A DNA stretch of 64,000 nt from Trichoplax adhaerens. Taxonomy: Eukaryota; Animalia; Placozoa. Within the stretch, counting starts at the first letter, position 1, and every line of letters starts with the position of its first letter. The notes beneath the pieces are model-generated. The model had not been told where the DNA came from. It saw only the letters and a program-made list of their open reading frames with translations, and did no database searches. The translations under genes and the position numbers were made by a program. This document shows positions 12,596 through 26,220 of this stretch, piece after piece. The stretch spans positions 1 to 64,000 of the forward strand of contig NW_002060965.1 in the NCBI RefSeq assembly GCF_000150275.1, read 5' to 3'.

Positions 12596-15500
12596 TTATT
12601 TATCTCGATTTAATATGGTTTCCGCGACCGAACGAAGACCACAAGCAAAGAGAGCCTTTACTAGTGCCAACTTTGTAAATGTTTCACCCATTAACTTACA
12701 ATGTGAATCGAGCATGTCTACACACTGTTGATCAGTATCATTACTGTTGTCTTGAGAAATTTTCTTAATGTTAGTGTTGGTGAAATCTAACTCTCTAGCT
12801 AAATTTTTCCAATCAGGACCTACTTTCTTAGAAATGATATTGATATAGGAGCTTGCAGCTACAAATTTACAGTATTAACAATTCATTAAATTTCAATTTA
12901 CTCTTACATTAAGCTATCCGTAAAGCATTTGTAAATTCATTTAATGCATACTACTAAGCACGATACAGTAATGAAGTTAAAAAACAAATAGCAGCCGGGA
13001 GACAAATTACATTTGGGATTAAGCTCAATAATGTAAGTAGAGTAAAAATGGATAATGTTAAATTAGTACGGTCATAAACTTACGCGAATCCGGGCTGACG
13101 ATGTAAATATCAACTTTTTGACCTTCGATATCATCAATTTGTCTTAGAACTGCATCATTTCTACCATTATCGTCCGTATCTTCTACTATCGCAGTCACAA
13201 GGATAAATATAAATGTTTAATAAGAGCAAATATAGGATTGAAGAAATTGTCTAATGGCATGTCTTAAAGGTAAGTTCATTAATTTGGCGGTACAAGGCAC
13301 ATTGAATGCGTTCGAGCGAAAACTAAAATCATTTCTGAGCTAATATAGCCCGATTTTATCAGTGTTGGTACCGTACAGCTGTTTTATTTTAAAATATATG
13401 CGGTTGTTTGCTAGCAGTAGAATTTACATTAAGCTTTTTAATTGACGACGTTAAAGTCAATGCGCATATTAAAATGGAAGGGATTGAATCAGTAAACGAT
13501 AAAGCTAGTATAGCTAGCACTTTAAGTCATCTATACAGAAATGAATTAAACTTTTTAGTCTACAGTGGGCTAGACTAGGAATTTCTTACAGACTTAATAT
13601 TTATTGATATTATACACGCAAAGAAAATGAGGGGAACTGATGTATAACTCAGTGTAAGAAATTATCGATTTACTAATAAATACGAAAGCAAAATTAGTTC
13701 CGTAAATCTAATAGCTCATTTACGTCAAGTACTACAAGAATATAAATCAAAATCCAAGAATTGCGAATTAACTAATGTTTATCAAAATTTATCCAGCAAG
13801 GACGCGAATTTATCACTAATTAACTTACCGGATGACATAACCCACTTATGGATAGATCCGCATTCATAAACATCGCTGCAATCGCAAAATATCACATCGG
13901 AGCTGCCATCGATAGGATTAGATGCAGGATTAAAGAGATTACAGCTAGGACATTTTATAAAGTAAGAACAATCTGATTTTTCACATCTTGGCATCCTTTC
14001 TTTAATCAGGGATGATAGTTTATTCCGAAGAAATTCATATGGCTTCTTCTCATTTATGGATTTTTTCACCTTTGCTTCTATTTGTAGCTGTAATTGTGGT
14101 TTATTTGGTACCATTCGATAGCGATATTGGATACCAATATAGGAACTCTCTTTTTTAACTACAATATCATAACAATCTTCTTTCAGCCGATATTTTGCAC
14201 ACTTGTAACGTGGCTCAATCTCTGACTTTTTCCATTCTTTATAGCAAGATACAAGTAAACAAAATAAAATGCCATCAGGAATATAAGGCATTTGTGATGG
14301 CTTAAATCCAACGTAAAGCCATCCTGACACTTTAAATCCCTGGCAATCAAATTCTTGGCTATTTGAACGAAATAAATAGGGCACGAAATACTGATCAGGA
14401 CAACCATCATCTTCTTTACTGACCTTGCAAATAATGTCATAAGATTCCATTAAATCTAATAAAAATTTTCTTTCCTTTTCTTCTACTCCGAGCTTGTCGA
14501 ATTTGTCATTAATATAGTGTTGCGACATGATTCCTGTATTTCGAGCAACTTCATATTCTGCATTTATTGCTAGTCCTTTACTATCAGGTTTATCTAACTG
14601 AATAATTGAACGAAATACATTTAATAGCCATTCAACTTGAGTAACAACTTTTCCTTTGACAGGTTCTTTTTGGCAATAAACGATTTCTCCTAGATCATGA
14701 AGATAGAGTAACATTTGATGAATATCTTCAATGCCGTCGCATAATTTGTATTCTTTGGCTAATAGCTCGATTTCTTCAGCTGTCATAATTCTGCTAACAC
14801 TCTGATTTAACTTTGTATGAAACTTTGCCGCTTCTTCATTAAATCGATCAGGAAATGTATGTAATATAGCTGCCATAATATACCATTTAAGTGGAATTTG
14901 AGAGAAACGATCAATGAAGGGTTGATGATTAACAAAGTCCCTTAGAATATTATGTAATTGTCCGCAATTTTTTTGACGCTGCAATCGCGTTTCTTCACTG
15001 TTATCCTTGTCATTACAGTTAAATATAATTCCAGATCCATATATATGATCAGCATAAGAAGGAAATTCTCGAAGAATAGTATTTTTAAATATCTCAAATC
15101 TTTCTTGACAGGCCTTTTCGTCACCTAATTTATCAGCGTGTGTCCCGACTAAAATAACCATAGGCCAAGCGATATCTTCTAAAATATCATCTATTTCGGC
15201 CTTTGTCCTAGCAATACTTTTACTACTACCTATAATTGAAGCAAGCCATTCTTGTAGGGCTTCCAAGTATGTCATTTCAGTATTATTGCCTTCTCGATTA
15301 ACGACATGATTGTTCATATCTTGAGACATATCTAGGACGAGAAGATAAATGCAATTGTGCGATAGGAATGGTTGATGAGTTATGTGATAAATAGAATGAC
15401 CAGCAAAGTCCCATAGTTTACCGTAATGGCAGTGATCTATTACTGAAGCTTGATCTGATTCAGAGCTTCCTCGAAAGTAATTCTCAAGAAAATCTAGTGG

Positions 15501-18500
15501 AATCATGTCTTCATCAGCCGGCATAGCCTGAGGACTGGTCTCGACGAGATTGCTTGCATAAGCAGTACTATCTAATCGAATTAGTGGCGATGGTGTCGAG
15601 GATTCAATATCATTCAAGCTGGAATCAGAATATGATTCCTCTTCTCGTATTTGGCGTTTAACAGTTTCGATCGCTGTAATGACTTTTCTAGCTAGAACTG
15701 CTTTAAAATCATCAACTGATTTATCATCCATGTTATAAGTGACCAATTTGACAAGTTCTTTTGTAATTACTGCTGCTGTTGTCGCTCCAACTGCTAGAAT
15801 CAAGCCTTGTCGTATAAAAGCTTGAATAAGACATGATTTTCCAACATTTTGCGGACCGGTTATCATGATCCTAATAAAGTCATTACGACAGGATCCGCAT
15901 CTTCTAGCTTTAACATAGGCTTCCTTATATTCTTTTTCTTAGGATAAATATGAATATTAAATATGAATAAAGAACGAATAAAATTATTTTATTCATGCTT
16001 CATTTTCAATTAACTTTAGCTATAGTATTCTACGAAGTAATCCAATCTGTAAATCTGCACTACAATGCATTTAAAATTATCTCAGTTTGAATCTAAATAC
16101 ATAAGACAACGGTACGAATTAAGGCTGTTGCCAATCCTAACAACTGTACAACCGTATCTATGGCTATTTAACTACTCGATAAAAATAATGACTCTATTGG
16201 TGTAACTTAGAATACCTTCGGCAGACTTCGATGCCTTTATATTTTCGTCTTGAGTTTTATCTTCCTGTTCAGCTAATGGCTCTTCTCCTACATTAAATGA
16301 ATATCGATCTTCAGAGTAACTTACGTCATTTTAATTCAAAAATTATTTATAACTATATTCCTCGAGCTGATACAGTAAAGGCTAGCGATAGTAGCAAAAT
16401 TCTTTACCTTTAAGAATGCTTTCTATACTGATCCCACAGTATCGTAATGCATTACATAATTCGTTAAGCACCTTATCGTCATGCTGAGGTAGTGTTTCTA
16501 ATAATGTTTTCATGCTCCTAGAATGGAAGTAGGCTTAGTTTAAGATCTCGCCTTAAAGTGATTTATTTTAGTATCAAATACGGTGTTTCAGTTCACTACT
16601 ACTTCCAAATAAATAATGTGAAATAATGATAGCAAATATTAAAATGCTAACTCATGGTCATTTGGTTTGGCAAAAATAGCAGATTGTTGAGATGGAGTTA
16701 AAATTTCTTTTGATCGCAGATATGAAGTAACCGCAGCGAAATTTTGTAGACAATCTCTGCTTTGTAGTGCGTAAATGTAAATTCGGTTCTGCTTTTGCTC
16801 ATTAAATGTTTCAGAAGCCTTTTCAGATGGCAATTTAGTATCAGATGTTGCGGCATCTAGACATTGTAGACGATTAATACCATTACTTGCTCGTCAATGA
16901 AAGAAATAATGATCGCATGCTCATGGTCATGACTGCTGTATTAACAAGTCTGGCGATTAATAAATTCTCACTGTTGGTGGATACTACACCTTTGTATATG
17001 TCATAACTGGAATTCTCTGAATCTACTGTATCTTCTTCGTCTATATATAAAAATAAAATCAAATTTAAACTCTAATGTAAAGATTGAATTTTCTTACCTA
17101 GAAAGGGTTCAACGTTCGACCACTAGAACTACGTTTTAAATGCAAAGTACAATCTTAATTAGATTACTAACCTTCAGTATCATCTGTTGCACTAATTCTG
17201 GGATCTACATTTTCCAAGTCTATAAATGTTTAGATAAAAGGATAACGTAATAAGTCTAATTAGCATAGGCTTCTAAATATCGATTATCGCATAAATGAAC
17301 TCTAATTTTCTCAGACTATGTAAGTATTAAAAAATATATTCGCTCCGTCTATTTAATGAAGTTTTGATTTTCAGTGCTTTATAGTTGTAATGGCTTGACT
17401 GTGTGTTTGTTCATAACTTTAAAGAGTCTTAATTTTTAAAGTAGTTGTATACCTTGATAAAATTCTTCCTCGTGAATAGATTCATCATCAATCTGATTGC
17501 CTAATATTATCAAGAAATCATAAGATGAAACTAACTGAATCAAAGACTCACAATATAGCTACTAAGGTAAGTCAATTTCAGCGGGAGTATACTACAATGC
17601 ATTACAACCACATTTATCGTACATTAAAATTACCTTCAGAGGATCCACGGCCATCGCCGTAAAAAAGCTTCAATCTAGCTTCTACCAGAGACAAACGATG
17701 CAAAATATTAGTTTAGGCTCAAAATCCATAATGAATAAAGACATAAACGTTTGCTAAGGTATTGCATTGCGATTAGTAATTAGAACTGTACCTTTAACAC
17801 CAGGTTCACTTTTGCTTGTAAGGATTTTGCTTGATGGACTTTCTGATTATAATTATTTAGAGTAGAGAAAGTGAGCGGTGGTAATTCGTATAAGTTTACA
17901 TACCAGTATAAGAGAAATGCTCATTATACCGTACTTTTGATAATGCTTTTAAATTCTTCTTCATCTGTAGAACTTTCTTGTAGCTTAGCTTTAAATGTCG
18001 AAAATTTCGAAAGGGTATTTTAGACTGACAAAATTTATAACAGCAAAAGGTATAAAAAAAATATTGGCAATGAAATCGATTACTACGATACCTTTACTAG
18101 AAACGATTTACCAATATTAGAGAAATGTACAGAGTATATTTATAGGTTAAGATGAATTCATGAAATATCAAAAATGCTAGGTACTTGACAATTATAATCA
18201 GATGGTTGCTAACTAGGATGAAGTTCTATTTTCCAAAATGATATGATTGCAATTACTCGACTGCATGGTTAACTTTAATTAATCATAATATTAAAGCGGT
18301 TGCATACCTTGATGGAACTTTCCGTCTTTAACGGATTTGTTATCCACTAGCATATCTAATAATTATAAATAAATATATTGTCATTAATTGTCCTGTTGGA
18401 GGTACTAAATTAGATTAATTTAGCAGGAGCATACTGTGATATTACATAGCCATGTTTATCAAAAAAAGGAAATTACCTCGAGAGGACTGAACTTTAGTAT

Positions 18501-21310
18501 CAAAAGAAAGTTTTATTCTAGCTTCTAATTTAAAAATTGATATGAGTAATAAGCTTTAGCCCATGACATTGATGACAGATAAAGAGAAAACTTTGGTAAG
18601 GTATCACCAGTTGTGATTATTACTGTACCTTTAGCGGGAGCTTTTTTCCTGCTATAAAAACTTTCATCTGTTTTATTTCCTAATATTCAAGGAAAAGACA
18701 GATAGATAGTCGTAATGAATTGTGCATACAGATTGACAGACTTAAAACAAATTATTGAAAGATACATAGTACTCATTGATTGATTCGTTATGAACAGAAA
18801 TTGCGTTACAATTTCGAACATAATTGGGCATAATTATATACCACTGAATATCAGACTGAGATAAATATGTAGTTTGATTCTTAAATTATTTGCACTCATT
18901 CATAATTCTAAGGTATAATTATTGCTGAAGTAGCAAGATACCATGAAGGAATTCTTGGCCAATGGAAGACTCATCAACAGAGTGATTGCCTAGTAATTAA
19001 TTATAAGAAATCATCTAGATGAAGTAAACTTAATCAATCTGTTATGATAATTAGCAGTCCCATGATCCAACATAAAGGAAGATTACTTAATGCATCGTAT
19101 AGTAAAATCACCTTGAGAAAACTTAATTTCTTCATCCAAAGAACTTTCTTGTAACTTGGCTTCGAACACCAAAAAATTAAACAAAAAGTGCATTTTAGAC
19201 CAACAAAATTCATGACAGCATAAGGCATAGAATATTGGCCATGAAATTGATTACTACCGTACCTTTACTAGAAGCAATTTCTTGATGTGGTAAGCTGTTC
19301 TTTGATTTTCTTTCTGATATTCAAAGCGAGAAAGAAAATCAATCTGAATTCATGTTTTAGCTGAGAATACAAATCATCAAACGATGTAATACAGCCTAAT
19401 ATAAGTTACCGATGCCTTGAGGTGTATTCTTTTTCTTCTTTGCCTTACTTTTACGGCCTGATGCTAATTGCCCTATCTTACTTGCAGTTGACCCAATCAA
19501 TCCTGAGAAAGTGCTACTAGCGGCGACTATTTTTGATTCTACAGCAACGCCAAAAATTTAGTTAGCTGTTAAGTATCTATTTTACTCATATCGTTTCTTT
19601 GCGTAACAGAATACTGTTCTAATGCGATAAAGTTTCTTTCTTATAGTTATCAGACGAGCATAATATAAATAATACGTTTAGAAGCTAATATCTTATGATT
19701 GATTACTTACAGTCTGAAAATAAAATTAAAATATATCAGACACCATAATGAAAGCCAAACAGTAACGAATACAGGTCAACTGATATCAACCTAATATAAG
19801 CTAGTTACTGCTTTTTTAAGAGATTACATGTCTGTATTATGGTTAGTCTCCATCAGCAAGCTATGACTTTGCGTTAAAAAGTAGCATAGTAATATAGTTT
19901 GAAGCTAACATTATAATTATGGATATTGAACTTAATTGCACGGTTTGGTATCTTATATTCAAGCTCACAATAAGTTAGCTCCTGTAATAAGATTGGATCT
20001 TCGAAGTACTTGCACTATTTTGCTTTCGATATATCAAATGGATAATTCAACGTAGTTTAAACTATTATTTCAATGGTAAAGTCGAGGTGATTACTGCTTT
20101 AGCTGACATTTAAATAAATGGTTAGTGGAAAACTTTTCCAGATAGCACAAATAGAGCTGTTATGGAGCCAAGCTCCGAAATAATAAAGGCCTTGTTAATT
20201 AAAACATCTCATATAAATCGTTGTTTGTTCCAGTATTCTAATAAACGTTAATGAATACTTATTTATTGATAAGGTTAATGTCTAAGTAATTGAATACTAA
20301 TACCTAAATGTAAGGTGTAATTTGTGCGGAGCCTTAAGGCTGTAATTAGCTTAAATAAATTTATTATTGTTAATTAGCGTTAACTTATACTGATTTATGT
20401 TAACTTCTTCTATTTAAATTCCTATACTATACAGTGTAAGTCGCTATGTCTAAGATACCAATACATGAACCGTCGGCGGAGGCCGAGACTATATAGACTC
20501 GAGGACTAAATTAGCTGTTCAGTTCCATTTTAATCATTTTTAGATCCACTTGATCATTATTGCTAGGAATTTCTAACGTACTTTTTAGTAAATTCTTTTA
20601 CTAGGATTTATCTCAATAAAGTAAAGTCCTTAAACCTATTACCCGTTGGCTACTTATCTGTGTAGTCGAGAGTTAGTTCAACTACGATAAATCGCCTAAG
20701 TCAGTTGGAGACACGAGTAATCGTGACACTAGTGTAAGACCCGTTCGAAAAGGGAAATTCGTAACAAAACCCTATAACTTTTTATGAAGTGAATCACCTA
20801 CAGAAATCCGGACTGATTGATAACGGGACTATTCCTTACATTGAGGTACATCTACAAGTTCTATCAACAGTTTCCTTCATCTATTCAGTTTAGAGTTACT
20901 CATTTAAATGACTCCTTCCTTTCAATATAGTGTAGGTAACGGCATAAATCACTGACGTGAAGTACGATATACCTACTAAAGGTAAAATGGCTTCATAACC
21001 ATCTGAACTTACCTTCATTAGCAGGTTCATTTTGCTTTGCTTCTTGTCGTAACGTTGTACCTAATTCTTTAATCGACTGCATTAAAGATCCTTCTAAGAC
21101 TTCACAAAATCCATAAAATTCTAAGTCGTTTTTTCTTCTTAAAATTGATATAAAAGATTTCGGTCCTTGATTTTTTATTTTTCTTAACTCCTGATCTGAT
21201 AGAATGCTTCGATTATGCAAAGTAATGAAAATGTCCAAAGAAGTAATGTTAACTAGGATGTCATGCTTATATTGACGGATAACATCGTTAATATGCCAAC
21301 TAAGACCCAT
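12596..21310 (-). CDS. Roco GTPase 1: CARD - micro-exon linker - CARD - Roc - COR - Cys cluster - death domain (~1290 aa, ~20 exons)
   Basis: Exons: 21310-21013 (CARD-like), 19538-19410, twelve 48-54 nt exons between 19313 and 16990, 16856-16652 + 16517-16408 (CARD: ..LRSKEILT..LLETLPQHDDKVLNELCNAL), 16287-16216, 15937-13829 (Roc-COR), 13182-13084, 12858-12596 (DD: ISRKVGPDWKNLARELDF..LVKALFACGLRSVAE*). Roc motifs: GPQNVGKS, WDFAGH, YHITHQPFLS, VGTHAD. COR motif: LLYLHDLGEIVY..VEWL. All junctions are GT-AG and in frame. Confidence 0.85.
16990..19313 (-). repeat. Array of phase 1-1 micro-exons built from a repeated three-exon unit
   Basis: Exons 19313-19263, 19159-19112, 18989-18942, 18679-18629, 18524-18477, 18355-18308, 17988-17935, 17842-17792, 17681-17634, 17500-17453, 17219-17172, 17040-16990. 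Recurrent types, e.g. EARIKLSFD/EARLKLFYG, AKLQESSLDEE/AKLQESSTDEE, GNHSVDESS/GNQIDDESI. Confidence 0.75.
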
Positions 21311-21499
21311 CTTTGCAATTGAATTTTATTCACCTAGCAGCTATTGCTCCTAAGTCAAAGAAAATGGTAAAGATTGAAGAGTGGCCTTTCTTTATTTCGT
21401 CAACAAGCGAAATAATATCAACTGGATCGAAGAAATTCAATTAAATTAATCGGCCTATTGAATTTTAAACATCAGAAGGATGCTAACAGAATAATTACC

Positions 21500-22175
21500 C
21501 ATTATTTCAATTGCGAAAGTTACCTGGTGCAATATTCGGTAGAAGCTTCTTCTTACTAATTTCCACAACAATGATCACTTTAAATAGGCATAAAATGATT
21601 CCAGATGATTAGAAAATCACTTAAAAGTGAAATAACCTTTAGATGATCTTTTAAACACCCAAAATAAACTGTAAACTGCTTATCTAAATGTAATCCAGAC
21701 TCTTATGTAATAGGCCTCAACAGGGCGTAGTCGATAGTAATATATTATTATAGCAATTTCCCTCTAGATAGCTGATGTCGATAATCAAAACTAAAACTGG
21801 CTTGTGATCTACTTAATGATCTCATTAGAAGGATGTTTATCATTAACAAAATGCTTCTTCTTTTAATTGCCAAAGTTGTTTGATGCCATATACCGTAGAA
21901 GCTCGTCTTTACTAGTTGTTGCGGCAATGATACCTTCCCAGGGCAAAAAATGTATATTGATGATAGGAAATGACTTCGAAATAAAATAAATGATATTTAA
22001 AAGGGCTTCGAAGAACTGTAAATCGCTTATAAAAGTGCTATCCGAACACTTATCGAATAGAATACAACATGCCGTAATTGAAACTTATATTGCTTTGTAG
22101 AAATCTTCCTGCGTGTAGACAGTTCGTATCGATGATCAAAAGTATATTAGACTTGTGATCTACTTGGCGCTCTTC
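21500..22175. repeat. Diverged two-copy tandem duplication (~355 bp unit) upstream of Roco 1
   Basis: Collinear shared blocks such as aattgcgaaagtt..gtagaagct..tacta (21510-21560 vs 21865-21915) and cttgtgatctactt (21801 vs 22152). Confidence 0.6.
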
Positions 22176-22269
22176 AGTGGTATAGTCACAGTTGCAAGCG
22201 AATAGCAACTCTATCGAATAGGATTTCCTGCTTATTGATGGCCTGAAATGGACACATGAACGATCATTA

Positions 22270-22450
22270 TGGCTTTACTACCATAAACGGGAGGCAATCT
22301 CTATAGATTTGTATAGCCGGATGAACTGATCATTTATATAAACAAACTAATTTTTATCTGTTCGAGGAGCTAATCATATTGTTATGATTTCTTCGCCATC
22401 ACGTGATCAGTTTTGCATGATAAAGGAGCTGATCGAACGAGGTAAATTAA
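22270..22450. promoter_or_regulatory. Conserved non-coding block with E-box TCACGTGA, paralogous to 35150-35330
   Basis: actaccataaacgggaggcaatctc vs actaccgcaaacgggtaggcaatctc; atcacgtgatc..aggtaaa vs atcacatgatc..aggtaaa. Regulatory function is inferred. Confidence 0.4.
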
Positions 22451-23809
22451 TTTGCACATTTGCAATGATCGACTGCCATCAATTTATTTATAAATCGATC
22501 GATTGGCGCTTTTAAAAGGATCATGCTGCTCCATCTGGTCTCCGCATCTTACTAATTAATTATTGAATGAATGAATCGAATTCAGCTGTATCGCAGTTTC
22601 AGGCTTGCATAGGCCTTGCCAAGAACGAAAAAGATTTACAAATTACTTTATTTGGGTATCATTTTGAAAATTTTAGCGATTGTAGATTGCAAATTGTAAT
22701 TATTTTATTAGCAGTTTTAGTGGCTTGTGTAAAGCTAAAGAAAGGTAAACAGCTACATCCACGTGATGCTAATAGAAATACTGTCTATGCATGAAAATTT
22801 TGTACAGGCAGTTGACGTAGGTTTAACTCTCAATAAAAGACTTTTTAAGTAAAGGATCACTACTTTCTAATAGTGGAATGAAATGAGCTAGCTATACATA
22901 CTAAGAGAGATAGGAGAGACAGCAAAGGTGAGAATGAAACGATGGTGCAAAATGCAACACTTAAATTAGATATAGAGCTCAAACGTTTTAGTTTTAAATA
23001 ATTGTAAAATAGAAATTGGATAGCTTAGGAAGAGCAAAATCCAGTTTTAGGAGCTTGAACAGCTTGTGAATGGAAAAGAAATAGAAAAAATTTATTGCAG
23101 CAGCAGTCAAGATATCTAAATCTTTGCTCATATCAAACCACTTACTTCCTATATCCTCATAATAAAGCTGATAGTAAACTATCTATATATCGGATTTTTG
23201 ATCAGAGAGCTGATAGAGCATTAATTTTCACTGAAGAATTATTGATATAGAAGATAATTACTTTCCATAAGCGAAATAAAATCAGTTAGATATAAATACG
23301 ACTAGATGGAATGAGAGAGCGAAGATGGGAATGGAACGTATAACTTAGAATGTCACAATTTAAATTGGATACAGTTTTCAAACGCTGAAATTGATTGTAA
23401 ATAACTATACTGCATACGCAGTAGCACTCTTTTTCCGGCTTCAAATAATTAATCTGAATTTTTTAATCTCTTTGTAGTCTTGCAATATCGTAAGTTGTAA
23501 TGTCGTCATCTAATATTATATTTACCGGCGAGGACCGATACTTAATATAGTCTGTATTGTTATATATTATAAGAATAATCTGTAACAAGATTTATTTATA
23601 TTTTAAAAACAATTGCGTAACAACAATATATTAGATACTAAATAGAATTTACCATTATAATCAAGCAAATTAATCATACTTTGAAAGCTAGAATATTTAT
23701 CACGATACGAAAACTAAGCTAGAATAATTACAATGTAAAAACTTGCAGGAAAATTCTAAAAATTTACCTTCATTACATGAATGAATCGTATATTTTAGTA
23801 TTCATGCAA

Positions 23810-24205
23810 CTAAATTGAGGATAAAAGATGATATTTCGTAGCATCATGTATAGCGCACTCGTATATCTTGAAAGTTGAAAATGTTAAACCTGGATATTGT
23901 AGACGATTGTCCGAAAACGCAATACTGTACTCGTAAATCCTATTCCACTCTTTTCTTTGTATAGGGTGATCTTTTTTCAATTTTTCAACTATATTTGGTT
24001 CTCTGCACTCGCATAAAACTTCTAATATTGTATCAAGCTTTGCTTTTGAGCCGAATTCAGAATACCATGCATCCAACAGATCATTACACTGGCGAAATCT
24101 GCCATGGTTTGAATCAACTATTTCATCAATGTTATTCGAAGACAAATGTAACTTTTTACCAAATTCGGTAAACTTTGCTTAATTTATATTATCCGCAATA
24201 TATCT
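23810..24205 (-). pseudogene. Dead duplicate of the terminal DD exon of Roco 2
   Basis: Reads YIADNIN*AKFTEFGKKLHLSSNNIDEIVDSNHGRFRQCNDLLDAWYSEFGSKAK.. and aligns with exon 26221-26492. TAA at 24179-24181 replaces TCA. Confidence 0.75.
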
Positions 24206-26220
24206 ATATATAGATATATGTAGCACATATATATTTAATGTATCGAATGTGGAATAATAATTGTATGGTTATGGTACACTCGTACGGTTATTGTACGGAT
24301 ATACTTACATTAAAATGAATGTATTACAATACTCAAACACGAATTCGGCGTTATATGGGATTACAATTACTACTCTATTTTCCTACTTGTATACGCTAAA
24401 ACTACACCAACTTTATCAATTTTTATATGATTGCAGAATTAGATATCAATGATACTACTCATCCTACAAATATTACATATTGTAAGTATCGTTATTTTCG
24501 TATATTAAATATAGAATGCGATAATTAAATAGACCATTGCAGGCACTGTATAATTTTTATTATTATTTACTGTATAATTACAATAATACTTGTACGATAA
24601 TTATATTATTGAACATTTTAAAGAATAAATTATCTGGTTATAATTTTATTATGTCTTTAGAGAAATTAGTTTGATTAATGTGAATAATGGCAGTATTACG
24701 TTTAACTTACTGTAATTAAGTTTAATAAATCTATGAATAAAATGATAAAGCATAGACTACAATGAAATCCGTTAGGCTAAACAGCATTGATAAGCTCCTT
24801 TATGATATTTATAATATCTTATTAAACACTGCAGAATATGTAAGATGTAGTCCATATGTAAATTAGTATACATTTTATAAAATTTTAATTTAAACGACGA
24901 AATAGGTGATCTTCATCCTCCTCAATAACTTTCGTTTCCTAATACAGTGGGACTGGAATATTTGATAATATTGATAACGATAATAATAGGAATATAATAT
25001 AATATTTTATAGGATTTAGCTATCTATAAGTTTGATCATAAAGTTGACTCTCAGTTCCACTGAGACTAGCGAAGAGTATACTGGTACTAATTTACAATAG
25101 CTAATAATATTAACAAAGCTCAATTAACTAAAGCATATTGTTTGACTGGATGCTCTAGTATTGGCTCGTAGACTAATTTCCTTATAGAGTATACCCCGAT
25201 ATTAATCTAAGATTACATAGAGTAGATACACTAGTTTAAGTTCGATCACGAAAGCTGTTTTGTGATAGTCGCAAATAAAGATTAACGTACGAAGTAATAC
25301 GAAAATTTTAACATTAAAGGAAATAAGCTATTTCTTGACATTGCAATCAGTCGTATAAGTTACTAGCACTATTTAAAGTCTTTGCTTTATTAATAGACGT
25401 TTAACTATAGTGTAAGTAGTAGAATTAGCACGTTAAAAGGATAAACCTTAAATGCTAAATATATCAGATACAAAAGTAATAAAAGTCGTCAATTTTCTTC
25501 AGCAAAGAAGTAAAATAATAGCTACTTCAATAACATTAGTAGTTACCAACTAAATTGTGTTATCTATTACATAAATTATATTCTGAGTCAAAGAAACTGT
25601 TGAAGAACCTCGGTTTTGTACGTTTATGTTGTCTTCACTGCTGCATGATCATTATAAATAACTTTAATCATCAGCTCGAAATTTATGCATCGTATATTTT
25701 AGTCTTTATACAATTAAATAGCGGATGCAAGGTAATACTTTGTATCATCAATTGTATCATACTTGTTGTTACACTTTCTAGTTTATCGTAACAATAATTT
25801 AATTGTCCAGTAGGGCTTGAGTACTGAACAATCACGAGTCCAATAGAGCTTAAGTACCGAACTAACTTTATTATGCGTTAGGAGCCGTTATATATAAGAG
25901 ATAATTACCAGTAATGTGCAATAACGGACATACCATGAATGTTAACGACAATCTTATCTTATTCATAATAAGATAACAACTTATTTTTCCTAGATATGCT
26001 ATCTAGGACTTAATCGTCATCATTACAGAACAACTGCAGAAAGATACTGAATAAACAGGCTTATTCAAAATGATAGATCTTATCGATACTATGTCTACAA
26101 CAACTGTATTATTTCGTAACACTTGTATATCTTGAAAATTGAAAATAGTGGGCCTGGATATTGTGGATGATTACTCTAAGAGGTAGTAAAATACCCATAG
26201 ATCCTGTTTCACTCTTATAT

